Shown here: piece by piece, positions 46,520 to 56,033 of the stretch
Position numbering within the stretch: position 1 is the stretch's first letter
Layout: each line of letters opens with the position of its first letter
From: Nitrospirota bacterium
Lineage (GTDB): Bacteria > Nitrospirota > Thermodesulfovibrionia > Thermodesulfovibrionales > UBA9159
Direction of reading: 5' to 3'
DNA: 64,000 nt
Assembly (NCBI GenBank): GCA_963699545.1
Contig: CAVOUE010000003.1
Span: forward strand, 1 to 64,000
Notes under the pieces: generated by a model
What the model saw: only the letters and a program-made list of their open reading frames with translations
Databases searched by the model: none
Told to the model about the DNA's origin: nothing
Program-made: the position numbers and the translations under genes

Positions 46520-47239
46520 TTACGCAAACAGAGAAACAAGTCTTGCCGCCAGCGAGGAAGCAGAAGATCCTTTCCCCATGAGAATGAACCCCTCAGCATA
46601 TTTGATGTCCCTCGGCAACGTGGCGGTCCGGAACCTGTTGATCCCTTCGACCTTGGCGATATAATCGTTGTAGTATATCTCGGTAGAATAGGCCGCGATG
46701 GCCCTCTTCTTTTGCTCCATTTCTTCTGTTATGTCAACCAACACATTCGGGAAAAGCGCCATCAGCACCTCATAGAAAGCCAGAGGAATCTCACATTTCT
46801 TCCTCAATTCCCAAGCCAGTCTGAATGATGCCTTATGGTCCGGATGCGCTTCACAGGGAGAGGGCGCATAGAGTATCCCAGGTGAGAACGCCTCAACGAC
46901 GCGAAGCAATCTGTCAGCAGCATCGTGCTCCCTCAGAAAAAGTTCCCTGTCCGGATAGCCAAGGAATTGGTAGTCCGTAACGCCGAGTATCTCCATCGCC
47001 CTTTCAGCGGACTGTCTGCGCATCTTGACATATTCCTTGCCGAATCTTCCCTCGAAATCCCCCTTGTCGCCGTCTGTAAGGAAGACGACCTTTACCCTGC
47101 TTTTCGCTTTGACATGTCTGATAATAGAGCCCGCGCATCCCAGGGATTCGTCATCGGGATGGGGAGCGATGATCAGGGCATCCTCACGGGAAACATCCGT
47201 AACCGTGTAGGGGTAAATGTCAGATTCATTCTTATACAT
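46520..47239 (-). CDS. PIG-L family de-N-acetylase
   Basis: APHPDDE, HPDH. Confidence 0.93.
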   Translation of the reverse strand: MYKNESDIYPYTVTDVSREDALIIAPHPDDESLGCAGSIIRHVKAKSRVKVVFLTDGDKGDFEGRFGKEYVKMRRQSAERAMEILGVTDYQFLGYPDRELFLREHDAADRLLRVVEAFSPGILYAPSPCEAHPDHKASFRLAWELRKKCEIPLAFYEVLMALFPNVLVDITEEMEQKKRAIAAYSTEIYYNDYIAKVEGINRFRTATLPRDIKYAEGFILMGKGSSASSLAARLVSLFA

Positions 47240-47278
47240 GGTATAATTTTAGCATATTTCATTCATCGCATTAACACT

Positions 47279-48226
47279 ATGCAGAGCGCGTCTTATCATA
47301 GGGTGAGAGATTATAAGAAAGGTGATGAGGAAGTCATTGCCGCCCTTTTCCGTGCGGTATTTGGAAAGGAGCTGTCAATAGAACAATGGAACTGGAAGTA
47401 TGCTGTACGCGGCAACGGGAACATTTATTCAAAAGTGGTCGAAGACGAAGTCGGGACGGTTATCGGTCACGCAGGAGCTATCCCCTTACAAGGCGTCATT
47501 GAGAACAGACCAGTTCAGTTTTTCCAGATAGCCGATGTGATGGTTCACCCGAAGGCACGTGGTTTCCTGGGAAAGAAAAATGTATTTGATGCTCTCATAA
47601 AGATATTGTTTGAGGATCTAAAAAGGGGGTTCCCCGACCTTTTCTGCTACGGCTTTCCGGGTGTACGTCCGTTCAGTCTCGGTAAAAGAGTGGGTGTCTA
47701 TGACGAGATCGAGCAGGCGGTTGATTGTACCCGCAATGTGAGACGCTCCCTCTTCACCACTTACCGGATAAAGAAGATGAGCTGGGATGATGCCCGATTG
47801 GACGACCTTTGGGTGAAGCGTTCAGACGATTTTACCCTGTCCCTTGTGAGGGATGGAGCTTATCTTCGCTGGAGGTATGGGACAAGCCCTTTTTTTTCGT
47901 ATCAACTCCTCGGATGCTTTCATTTTCGAAGGCTTACAGGATGGGCGGTAATCAGAGATACCGGGGAAGAAGTCCTTATCATCGACCTGCTTGCCGGAAA
48001 AGCCCGATACCGACATTTATTGAGAGCGCTCGAAAACTCTCTGGCCTCTGCAGGTAAAGAGACAATGCGCCTCTGGCTGCCCGCGAACCTGAGAAAGGGG
48101 CTCATCGGTTATGCAGAAGACAAGACGCAGGTGATCGTAACGAATATGATATGGAAACTCCCAGTCCGGACCTCCTTTGCAAAAGAACGTCTCTTCTATA
48201 CAATGGGCGACGCGGACATCTTTTGA
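47279..48226 (+). CDS. GNAT-family acyltransferase
   Basis: WNWKY, DVMVHPKARG, YGFPG, YLRWRY, GDADIF. Confidence 0.82.
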   Translation: MQSASYHRVRDYKKGDEEVIAALFRAVFGKELSIEQWNWKYAVRGNGNIYSKVVEDEVGTVIGHAGAIPLQGVIENRPVQFFQIADVMVHPKARGFLGKKNVFDALIKILFEDLKRGFPDLFCYGFPGVRPFSLGKRVGVYDEIEQAVDCTRNVRRSLFTTYRIKKMSWDDARLDDLWVKRSDDFTLSLVRDGAYLRWRYGTSPFFSYQLLGCFHFRRLTGWAVIRDTGEEVLIIDLLAGKARYRHLLRALENSLASAGKETMRLWLPANLRKGLIGYAEDKTQVIVTNMIWKLPVRTSFAKERLFYTMGDADIF

Positions 48227-48376
48227 AACGGGCAGTGACTGCATGAGCCATCACGGTGTAGTGGGACTGCGTGGTGAGCCAGCAAAGAGAGAAAGAATGA
48301 TTCCTTGCTTAAGGACCCTGTGGCAAGACCGCCGGGTTCATCATATCTGCTTATGATCGGGCGGTGTTCCTGCGGG

Positions 48377-49544
48377 CTAACGAATTTCCCACCTGTTCTC
48401 AAAATAGCATACTCCAAGCTCTAACGTGTCCTTCACCACCTCGAAGGGGGGGATCACCTTCTCATGATATACCATGAGCCCTTTATCGTCGAAGACTCTC
48501 GCATGTGCATAATAGATACCACCCATAATGGGAGCATGGGGATACTCAATGATCACTTCTCTTCTCTTGCCGCATAAGGCAGGTTTGCCGGTGAGATGGG
48601 TTCCTGTGACATACACCCCTCTCCCGTTATCCATCTTGATCGAAAGTGTTATGTGATAGGGCAATGTATCGCTTACGCATTCCATGAGCAAACGAAACGT
48701 GATATCATCTCCTCTTCTCAGCGGAACTTTGTTCAGCAGCTCAAACTCGCCGATCACTGCAGGGCTGTCAGCGCCCGGAGAGGGGCTCTTGTCACTTCGC
48801 TTCTTTTCACGATCTTTATCGAGCTGGTAGAATTCATATGCAGGCACTACCTGCTCCGTATCCCCCATCATCTGCACCTTCCCGTCTTTTAGCCAGATTG
48901 CCTTATCGCACAAGATAGCCACCTGATAGGTACTGTGGGAGCAGAAGATTATCGTCATCCCTCTGCTCTTAAAGTCCGTGATACGGTCTATGCACTTTTT
49001 CTGGAAATGCATGTCACCGACGGAGAGCGCTTCGTCGACGATCAGGATGTCCGGTTCAAGGGATGAAATGAGAGAAAAGGCAAGTCTCATCTGCATACCC
49101 GTGGAATAGGTTTTGAGCGGTCTGTCAATAAACTCGCCCAGTTCTGAAAACTCGACAACCTCATCAAACTTTGACCGAACAAACGTCCTCGAGAAGCCGA
49201 GCATATCTCCGTAGAAAAAAATGTTATCCCTGCCGGTAAAATCGGGATGGAACCCTATCCCCAATTCCAAAAGAGCAAGAACTCTCCCCTCGACTCTTAT
49301 CTCTCCCGACGTAGGAGAACAGGGTGCCGGCAATAAGCTGAAGCAGGGTGCTCTTGCCGGCTCCGTTTTCGCCTATAATTCCGACCGTCTCGCCTTCGCG
49401 TATCAGAAAGCTCACGCTGTCCAGGGCGGCAAAATTAATATGCCGGTCACCTTTTACAAAAAATTCCTTAAACCGGTCGGCGCTCTTGCTGTAAAGCCTG
49501 TAGACCTTTGATAATCCGTTTACCCTCAGCACTTCCCTTGCCAT
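48377..49544 (-). CDS. wzt: Polysaccharide ABC exporter ATPase Wzt with C-terminal domain (frameshift near 49317)
   Basis: [30 protein letters not shown] switch, C-terminal extension. Confidence 0.92.
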
Positions 49545-49701
49545 TGCAGCGGTAACTCCTCACTTTCGGTAGACATTTTGGTTCGTTGCCTTGCCTATGG
49601 TTTCAACAACCGATAGAAGACAAAGGGCTCACCGTCCATCCTCTGCCCTATATAGTATATCCGTTCTTTCGCCCTTTTATCTGAAAATCACTGGTTATGC
49701 T

Positions 49702-50859
49702 TCACGTTCTCTCGATTATCCCGGAGAAAAAACGTTCGTATCTTTCCGCCATGGTGTTCACAGAGAACTCCTTCGCCCTCTCAAGGCCCTTCTCCGTTAT
49801 GCGCGCCCTCAGCGTGCTGTCATGCAAGAGGGTGCCGATCGCTTTGGCTAACCCCTCCTTGTCATCCATGGGCACCAGAAGGCCGTTTTTCCCGTGCGTG
49901 ATTATATCTCTCGGCCCGTAAGGACAGTCGGCCGCTATGACAGGGACACCGCACGCCATCGCTTCTATGATGACGTTGGCAAATCCTTCAAAAAGACAGG
50001 TGTGCACAAACAGATCACTTGCTGCCATGAATTTATACGGGTTCGTCTGATATCCTACAAAAAGAACGTCTTCCCCGATCCCGAGATCCTGGGCGAGCCG
50101 CAGGAGATTCTCTCTCTGGGCACCATCCCCTATGACTATGAGCTTCAGCGCATCATGCGTCCTGGCTTCAGAAAAGGCATGGAGCAAAAGGGGTAAATTT
50201 TTTTCGTGCTCGAGTCTTCCCGCAGTGGCAACGATGCGAAACCCGGGGGGGATGTCCAACGACACCCCTTCCTTCGCCTTCATCGCAATATCACCAGGAT
50301 CGACACTGTTCGGAATCACCGCAATATCCATTGGTGCAGCGCGGAAATGTCTTGTGCATTCTTCTTTCATCCCTGCGGAGGCAACTACCAGACCATCGGC
50401 ATGTTTGCAGAAAAATCCGAAGATTCGCTTCAGATATGCTTTTCTGAACACGTTGTGTTCGAAATGCCGTAAGTATTCAATGGACGGCCCCCTCGGACTG
50501 GCCACTACCTTCACATTCAGATTGTGGAATTGCTTTGCAAACACCAAAAGAGCGGCAGGGTAATGCATCATCCCGAAGGCGAGATCAGGTCTTTTCTCCT
50601 TCAGCAAGGCCGCCACCCTGTTCACGTCATGCACAAACCTCCCGATGGTATCAAACCACACGCCCACTCCCAACTCCTCGATCGCGAGAAACTCCTCCAT
50701 GTCCAGGTGCCGGAAATATTGAAACACCTCTCTGGATGTAACAAGACATATCCTGAACCTGCTCCTGTCCACTTCCTGCAAAAGGTTCAGAGAAGTCCGT
50801 TCGGCGCCTCCGAAGGTAAATGTCGGCAATAAATATAAGATCGTATATCTTTGCTTCAC
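49702..50859 (-). CDS. GT4 glycosyltransferase
   Basis: GGAER, GRLEHEKN, EGFANVIIEAMACG. Confidence 0.93.
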   Translation of the reverse strand: MKQRYTILYLLPTFTFGGAERTSLNLLQEVDRSRFRICLVTSREVFQYFRHLDMEEFLAIEELGVGVWFDTIGRFVHDVNRVAALLKEKRPDLAFGMMHYPAALLVFAKQFHNLNVKVVASPRGPSIEYLRHFEHNVFRKAYLKRIFGFFCKHADGLVVASAGMKEECTRHFRAAPMDIAVIPNSVDPGDIAMKAKEGVSLDIPPGFRIVATAGRLEHEKNLPLLLHAFSEARTHDALKLIVIGDGAQRENLLRLAQDLGIGEDVLFVGYQTNPYKFMAASDLFVHTCLFEGFANVIIEAMACGVPVIAADCPYGPRDIITHGKNGLLVPMDDKEGLAKAIGTLLHDSTLRARITEKGLERAKEFSVNTMAERYERFFSGIIERT

Positions 50860-50886
50860 ACCGGATCCCGGGCCTGGCTGATTGAC

Positions 50887-51669
50887 CTACAGTACGTCGG
50901 CGAATCCTTTCTTTAATTTCCTGAACACGTAAATCCCCCCGAACAATGCTGCCGCCGTCACGATAAAGAGATAGATCATGCTCCCCGTTTCAGGAGGCTT
51001 GTTATAAAGAATTGTGCTGTGATACGCCTCCGTCAGGGCAGTCACAGGACTCAACCGAATGAGGGTCGCAAACCTTTCAGGTACTGCTGTCATCGGATAC
51101 AGGATGGTAGACATGTAAAAGATTATCTGAAAGACCACTCCCAAAACCTGAAGGATGTCTCTGAGATAAACAGAGAGCGAAGCTAACAAGAGGGTCAACC
51201 CCGAGGTCAATAACACCTGAAGCGACAGCAGGACCACAATGAAAAATATCTGGAGGACAGAGATCTCTCCCTTCCACACGAAGAAGACGAGAAGAAAGAC
51301 GATGATGCCGACTCCGTGATGAATGAACGAGGACACCACGGAGGACAGAGGAAACAGCTCTGAGGGAAACATCAGTTTCTTGATGATATGTCTCCGCTCG
51401 ATGATCGAAGAGGCCCCCCTTTGCACGCCCTCCTGAAAGGCAAACCACGGGAGAAGTCCCGAGAGGAGAAAGGCGATAAAGGGAACGTCACCCTCTATCC
51501 TGATCTTCATAATGTGGGAAAACACGAACCAATAAAGGGCAATGAACATCAGTGGTTGGAGGAATGTCCAGAAGATTCCCATTACGGAACCCGCGTACCT
51601 CTCGGTGATGTCCCGTGAGAGCAGGGGGGGGAGAAGCCTGAAAAGTTTCTTGAACTTAGCGATCACCAT
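50887..51669 (-). CDS. wzm: Polysaccharide ABC exporter permease Wzm
   Basis: RYAGSVMGIFWTFLQPL, GLLPWFAF, FADVL C-terminus. Confidence 0.93.
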   Translation of the reverse strand: MVIAKFKKLFRLLPPLLSRDITERYAGSVMGIFWTFLQPLMFIALYWFVFSHIMKIRIEGDVPFIAFLLSGLLPWFAFQEGVQRGASSIIERRHIIKKLMFPSELFPLSSVVSSFIHHGVGIIVFLLVFFVWKGEISVLQIFFIVVLLSLQVLLTSGLTLLLASLSVYLRDILQVLGVVFQIIFYMSTILYPMTAVPERFATLIRLSPVTALTEAYHSTILYNKPPETGSMIYLFIVTAAALFGGIYVFRKLKKGFADVL

Positions 51670-51733
51670 CACACCCTGCTTATTGTGTATCCGCAAACTT
51701 CTAAGCCGGCGGGTAACTTCTTTCTCGTGCTCA

Positions 51734-53770
51734 TTACCATTCCACCCCTCGTGCCTTAAGAATCTGCTGTATCTCCTTATCGCCCAATCGAGCCGCCTTT
51801 TGAAAATCGCGCACCGCCTCCTCTTTCCTGCCAAGCCGATGATACGTTTCTCCCCGCTCAAAATAGGCAGCGCTCCTCTCGGGATCCAGCGCAATCGCTT
51901 TACTTAAGTCCTTCAGCGATTCTTCAAATTGACCCAATTTCCTATAGGCAATTCCCCGAACATTATAAGCCACGGCATTATCAGGATCTATACTGACGGC
52001 CATGGAACAACTCTCGACAGCGTGAGGATAATCGGCCATCATTTTATAGAGCTCGCACGTATTAACGTAGAATCCGACCGATCCGGGCCTCAACTCAATG
52101 GCTTTATTCAGGTCTTCCAGTGCCTTCTGATAATCCCCGAGTCTCACATAAACATCAGCCCGATTGCTATATGCTGCTGCATATACCGGACTCACGTCAA
52201 TCGCTTTCGAGAAAGCCTTTATTGCCGATGGGAGATCGCCCATGCCTTTATAATACATGCCCTGGTTGTTATATGCCTCGTGGTAGCGGGGATTAAGTGT
52301 TATGGCATGGTCCAAATCTCTTATTGTCTCGCGGTACTTGCCCTGAGACGCATTTGCATCAGCCCGACTTACATACGCATCCGGATAATCAGGAAATCTC
52401 TCTATTACCGATGTCCACAGTGTTACACCATCCTTCCAGACCTTTATCTGTTTTATCGTTAATATCCCCAACAAGGAAAATACCATAAAAAGAACGAGGA
52501 AGATGATTCCCCTGTTCGTCCCTTTCACCCTTTCCATTGCGATCGCAACCCCCAGTCCTGCCAAAAGAAATGGCCCTGCACTCGGAATATATGCATACCT
52601 GTCCGCTGCCGCCTGCCCTCCTACCTGAATGATCCCCAGCACAGGCAGCAAGGTCACCACATAAAATGTCCACACAGCAGCGTAGATCTTCTTCCCCTTC
52701 GTCCATGCCAGGATACACCAGAAACTCATACCGATCACCACGAGAAACGGTAGGAGATAGGGAAGACCCAGCAGAGATATCCCTCCTGTCGGATAAGGAT
52801 AAAATGGCGAAAGCCTTACGGGCAACAGCATCTTCTCAAGATAGAAATACAGTCCCCGTACGGCCATTACGATACGATGAGCGAACGGGAAACTCTCAGC
52901 AGACTTTATAGCCTCCCCGCTCCGCTGAGCCATAATCGTCAGTATACCCAAGGCGAGACTGAGGAGAAAAAAAGGAACTTTCTCCATGAGAACTCTCTTC
53001 TGTGAGAGAATGTTTTCCCCCAGGCGAAGCCGCTGAAAAGGATACACATCAAGGATCATGAGCATTACAGGAACGGTCACCGCCATGGGCTTGGACAACA
53101 AGGCGCACAGGAAGAGAACGAGACTCATACGATAGTAGGCCTTGCCAGACCCTCCATCGCTCCCCCGGACAGCGGTATACTTAGCATACGTCGCAATGGT
53201 GAGAAGAACGAAAAATGTCGAGAGGACGTCCTTCCTCTCGGACACCCATGCCACAGACTCTACATGCACCGGGTGTATCCCGAATAACAGCGCGGCAACG
53301 CCGCCCGCGATGAATGCCCTGCGCTCGACACTTTTCGGATATGGGGATTTCCTTCCCCTGTCATTCAGTATCAGGTACGACGTCAGTAACCCAAAGAGCA
53401 AGGTGTTGAGACTGTGCAGTATGACGCTGCTGAGATGATGCCCCAGGGGATTCAACTCCGATATAGTGTAATCTGCAGCATGTGATATCCATGTCAGAGG
53501 GTGCCAGTTGCCCGCATGGAAATCAAAGAATGCCCGTTTAAGGAAATCCGCATCCATGGAGCGAATAAACCTATTTTGGTAGACATACTGGTCGTCATCC
53601 CAGTTCACAAATTGATCGGCAAGGGCAGGCAGATACAGAAGAAGGGTTATCACAGCGGCAATGAGAACGAGAGACTGCACATGGTCGCGGGGAAAAAGGG
53701 GCTTCCCGGTCTGCGGCTTTTCTGTAATTTTACTGATCCCGGGCCTGGACTTTGTTCCCTTCTTTTTCAC
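51734..53770 (-). CDS. TMTC-like GT-C glycosyltransferase with TPR domain (copy 3)
   Basis: FVNWDD, WHPLTWISH, HPVHVESVAWVSERKD, ADRYAY, C-terminal TPRs. Confidence 0.88.
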   Translation of the reverse strand: MKKKGTKSRPGISKITEKPQTGKPLFPRDHVQSLVLIAAVITLLLYLPALADQFVNWDDDQYVYQNRFIRSMDADFLKRAFFDFHAGNWHPLTWISHAADYTISELNPLGHHLSSVILHSLNTLLFGLLTSYLILNDRGRKSPYPKSVERRAFIAGGVAALLFGIHPVHVESVAWVSERKDVLSTFFVLLTIATYAKYTAVRGSDGGSGKAYYRMSLVLFLCALLSKPMAVTVPVMLMILDVYPFQRLRLGENILSQKRVLMEKVPFFLLSLALGILTIMAQRSGEAIKSAESFPFAHRIVMAVRGLYFYLEKMLLPVRLSPFYPYPTGGISLLGLPYLLPFLVVIGMSFWCILAWTKGKKIYAAVWTFYVVTLLPVLGIIQVGGQAAADRYAYIPSAGPFLLAGLGVAIAMERVKGTNRGIIFLVLFMVFSLLGILTIKQIKVWKDGVTLWTSVIERFPDYPDAYVSRADANASQGKYRETIRDLDHAITLNPRYHEAYNNQGMYYKGMGDLPSAIKAFSKAIDVSPVYAAAYSNRADVYVRLGDYQKALEDLNKAIELRPGSVGFYVNTCELYKMMADYPHAVESCSMAVSIDPDNAVAYNVRGIAYRKLGQFEESLKDLSKAIALDPERSAAYFERGETYHRLGRKEEAVRDFQKAARLGDKEIQQILKARGVEW

Positions 53771-53774
53771 TTCT

Positions 53775-56033
53775 CTACCAGCGGATTCCCCGCTCCCTGA
53801 GAATTTTTTGTACTTGTTTATCGCCCAATCGGGCAGCCTTTTGAAAATCGCTCATCGCTTCCTCCTTTTTCTTCAACCGGTAATACGCAGCGCCCCGGTT
53901 GTAATATGCCGCTGCATCGTCCGGTGCCAGTCTGATCGCAACCGTGAAGTCCTTGATCGCATTTTCTAATTCACCCAGTTCCCCATAGGTAATTCCTCGA
54001 TCATTATAAACGTTGAACCTGGGATTCAAGTCGACAACTCTCGTAAAATCACGAAGGGCCGCTGAGGGGTCCCCGCTATTCCTGCTGGCGATCCCTCGGA
54101 GATGATATGTTTCATAATCCTTTGAATTGAGGCCGACCGACCTATCATAATCGCGTATCGCTACCTTATAGCTCCCCAGGGCATTATAGGAGAATCCCCG
54201 GTGCTTGTACGCTGAAGCACTATTGGGGTCGAGTTCGATCGCCGTAGAGCACTCTTTGATCGCTCCCTGATAATCACGCATCAAGTTCTTTACTGCACAT
54301 AAGTTCACGCGAGACACAACGTAATTCGGTTCCCCTGTGAGGGTCTTTTCGAGATCCGCCAGTGCCTTACCGTAATTCCCAGTCCGTGCATACACCTCAG
54401 CGCGGTTATTGTATGCCGCCGCATATCCGGGCTTCAGCTCGATCGCCTTCGAAAAATCTCGAATCGCCGTCTCATAATCGCCGATTTCTCTATACGCTGA
54501 ACCCCGATTATTGTACACTTCCTCGTTCCCGGGTATCGCCTCGATCACATGGTCAAAATCCCTTATCGCCTCGCGGTATTTCCCCAGCGTGAAATAGGCG
54601 TTGCCTCGATGAACATATGCCCCGATAAAGCGAGGGGTGCGTTCCACCACCGAATTCCACAGGGTGATGGAGTTCTTCCAGACACCAGTCTGCTTGATGG
54701 TCAATGCCGCCATGAGAAAAAGAACCACTGCAGGAAGCAGGAAAGGGATGAGCCTATTCTTCGCTTTTATCCTCTCCATAGCAACGGCAACCCCGATTCC
54801 CGCGATCAGAAAGGGCCCTATGCTCGCCATATAGGTGTATCGGTCGTGCGCAAAGCTGAAAGAAAATACCTTAACAACAGACACCGGGAGAAGCATAACG
54901 ATATAGTATATCCATACGGCCAGCCAAAGCCTTTTCCCTTTGTGCCACAGAAAAAAGCAGGAAGCGGTCATCGCCGTCATGAATAACAATGAGATGATGT
55001 AATCGGGGGCTGAAAGCGATACCTCATACGGTTCTCCATAAATGAGAGACAGATTGAATGGCCAGACCATTTTCATGAGATAAAAGGCCATAGCCTTGAA
55101 GGCGAGCAGCACACGGTCGTTGAACGGAACCGCCGTCAACGGCACGACGGCACCCATTTTCTCATGTACCCCGATATTGATCAAGGATACTATACCGCTG
55201 ATCACCGCAAAAGGGAGTTTCTCTATGAATATTCCGCGCCAGGTTCGCACACCGGAACGGAAGGTGACCCTCTCAAGAGGATAGAAGTCCAGGAGGATCA
55301 GGACAAGAGGGAAAACAACCGCCGCCGCCTTGCTCATCACCGCCATCATGAAAAACACGAGGGTCAACGAATAATAGAAAGGCCTTCGCCGGTTCTCTGA
55401 GAAGATGCAATAGTGAAGATATGATAAGAGACTTAACAGGAAAAAGAACGCAAAGAGCACGTCCTTCCTCTCGGCCACCCAGGCAACCGATTCCACGCGG
55501 AGAGGATGAATGCCGAAGAGAAGTCCTGTAATGACTCCCGCGATAAGTGCCTTCCTCCGTTCGTTCGCTTCTTCCTCTCCCGCAGGAGGGGGGAGCATTC
55601 TCAGTTTCACACCTTCGAAGAGCCTTACCACAAGAATCACCACAAGAAATGCATTCAGACTGTGGAGTATAACGGAGCTGAGATGGTGTCCGGCGGGATT
55701 GAGCCTCCATATCTTGTAGTCAGCTGCATGTGAAACCCATCTCAACGGCGTCCATTGGTGCTCCCGGTCGGTGAAGGCCCATTTGATAAAATCGGAGTCC
55801 ATGGAGATGATATGCCTATTTTTGACGACAAAGTTCTGGTCGTCATAGTCCACAAAGTCGTTCTTGAGGGACGGCAGAAAGACAACAAAGGTTATCAGGG
55901 CTACAAAGAGCGCGGTGTACCACACCATGGCGCCCGGGGAGAAACCACCCTTCGTCCCTTCCGCTTCCTTGGCCGGTTCCTGGGGAGATTTCCTCCCTTT
56001 TTTATCTCTTATCCTGTCCACGGTCCTTGCCAT
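53775..56033 (-). CDS. TMTC-like GT-C glycosyltransferase with TPR domain (copy 2)
   Basis: FVDYDD, HPLRVESVAWVAERKD, HDRYTY, long TPR array. Confidence 0.88.
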   Translation of the reverse strand: MARTVDRIRDKKGRKSPQEPAKEAEGTKGGFSPGAMVWYTALFVALITFVVFLPSLKNDFVDYDDQNFVVKNRHIISMDSDFIKWAFTDREHQWTPLRWVSHAADYKIWRLNPAGHHLSSVILHSLNAFLVVILVVRLFEGVKLRMLPPPAGEEEANERRKALIAGVITGLLFGIHPLRVESVAWVAERKDVLFAFFFLLSLLSYLHYCIFSENRRRPFYYSLTLVFFMMAVMSKAAAVVFPLVLILLDFYPLERVTFRSGVRTWRGIFIEKLPFAVISGIVSLINIGVHEKMGAVVPLTAVPFNDRVLLAFKAMAFYLMKMVWPFNLSLIYGEPYEVSLSAPDYIISLLFMTAMTASCFFLWHKGKRLWLAVWIYYIVMLLPVSVVKVFSFSFAHDRYTYMASIGPFLIAGIGVAVAMERIKAKNRLIPFLLPAVVLFLMAALTIKQTGVWKNSITLWNSVVERTPRFIGAYVHRGNAYFTLGKYREAIRDFDHVIEAIPGNEEVYNNRGSAYREIGDYETAIRDFSKAIELKPGYAAAYNNRAEVYARTGNYGKALADLEKTLTGEPNYVVSRVNLCAVKNLMRDYQGAIKECSTAIELDPNSASAYKHRGFSYNALGSYKVAIRDYDRSVGLNSKDYETYHLRGIASRNSGDPSAALRDFTRVVDLNPRFNVYNDRGITYGELGELENAIKDFTVAIRLAPDDAAAYYNRGAAYYRLKKKEEAMSDFQKAARLGDKQVQKILRERGIRW

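Noticed and set aside
46925-47278. N-terminal extension of the GNAT ORF
   Set aside because: Overlaps the PIG-L gene on the other strand; start placed at 47279
51670-51894. N-terminal extension of the Wzm ORF
   Set aside because: Overlaps the 3' end of the upstream TMTC-like gene in another frame
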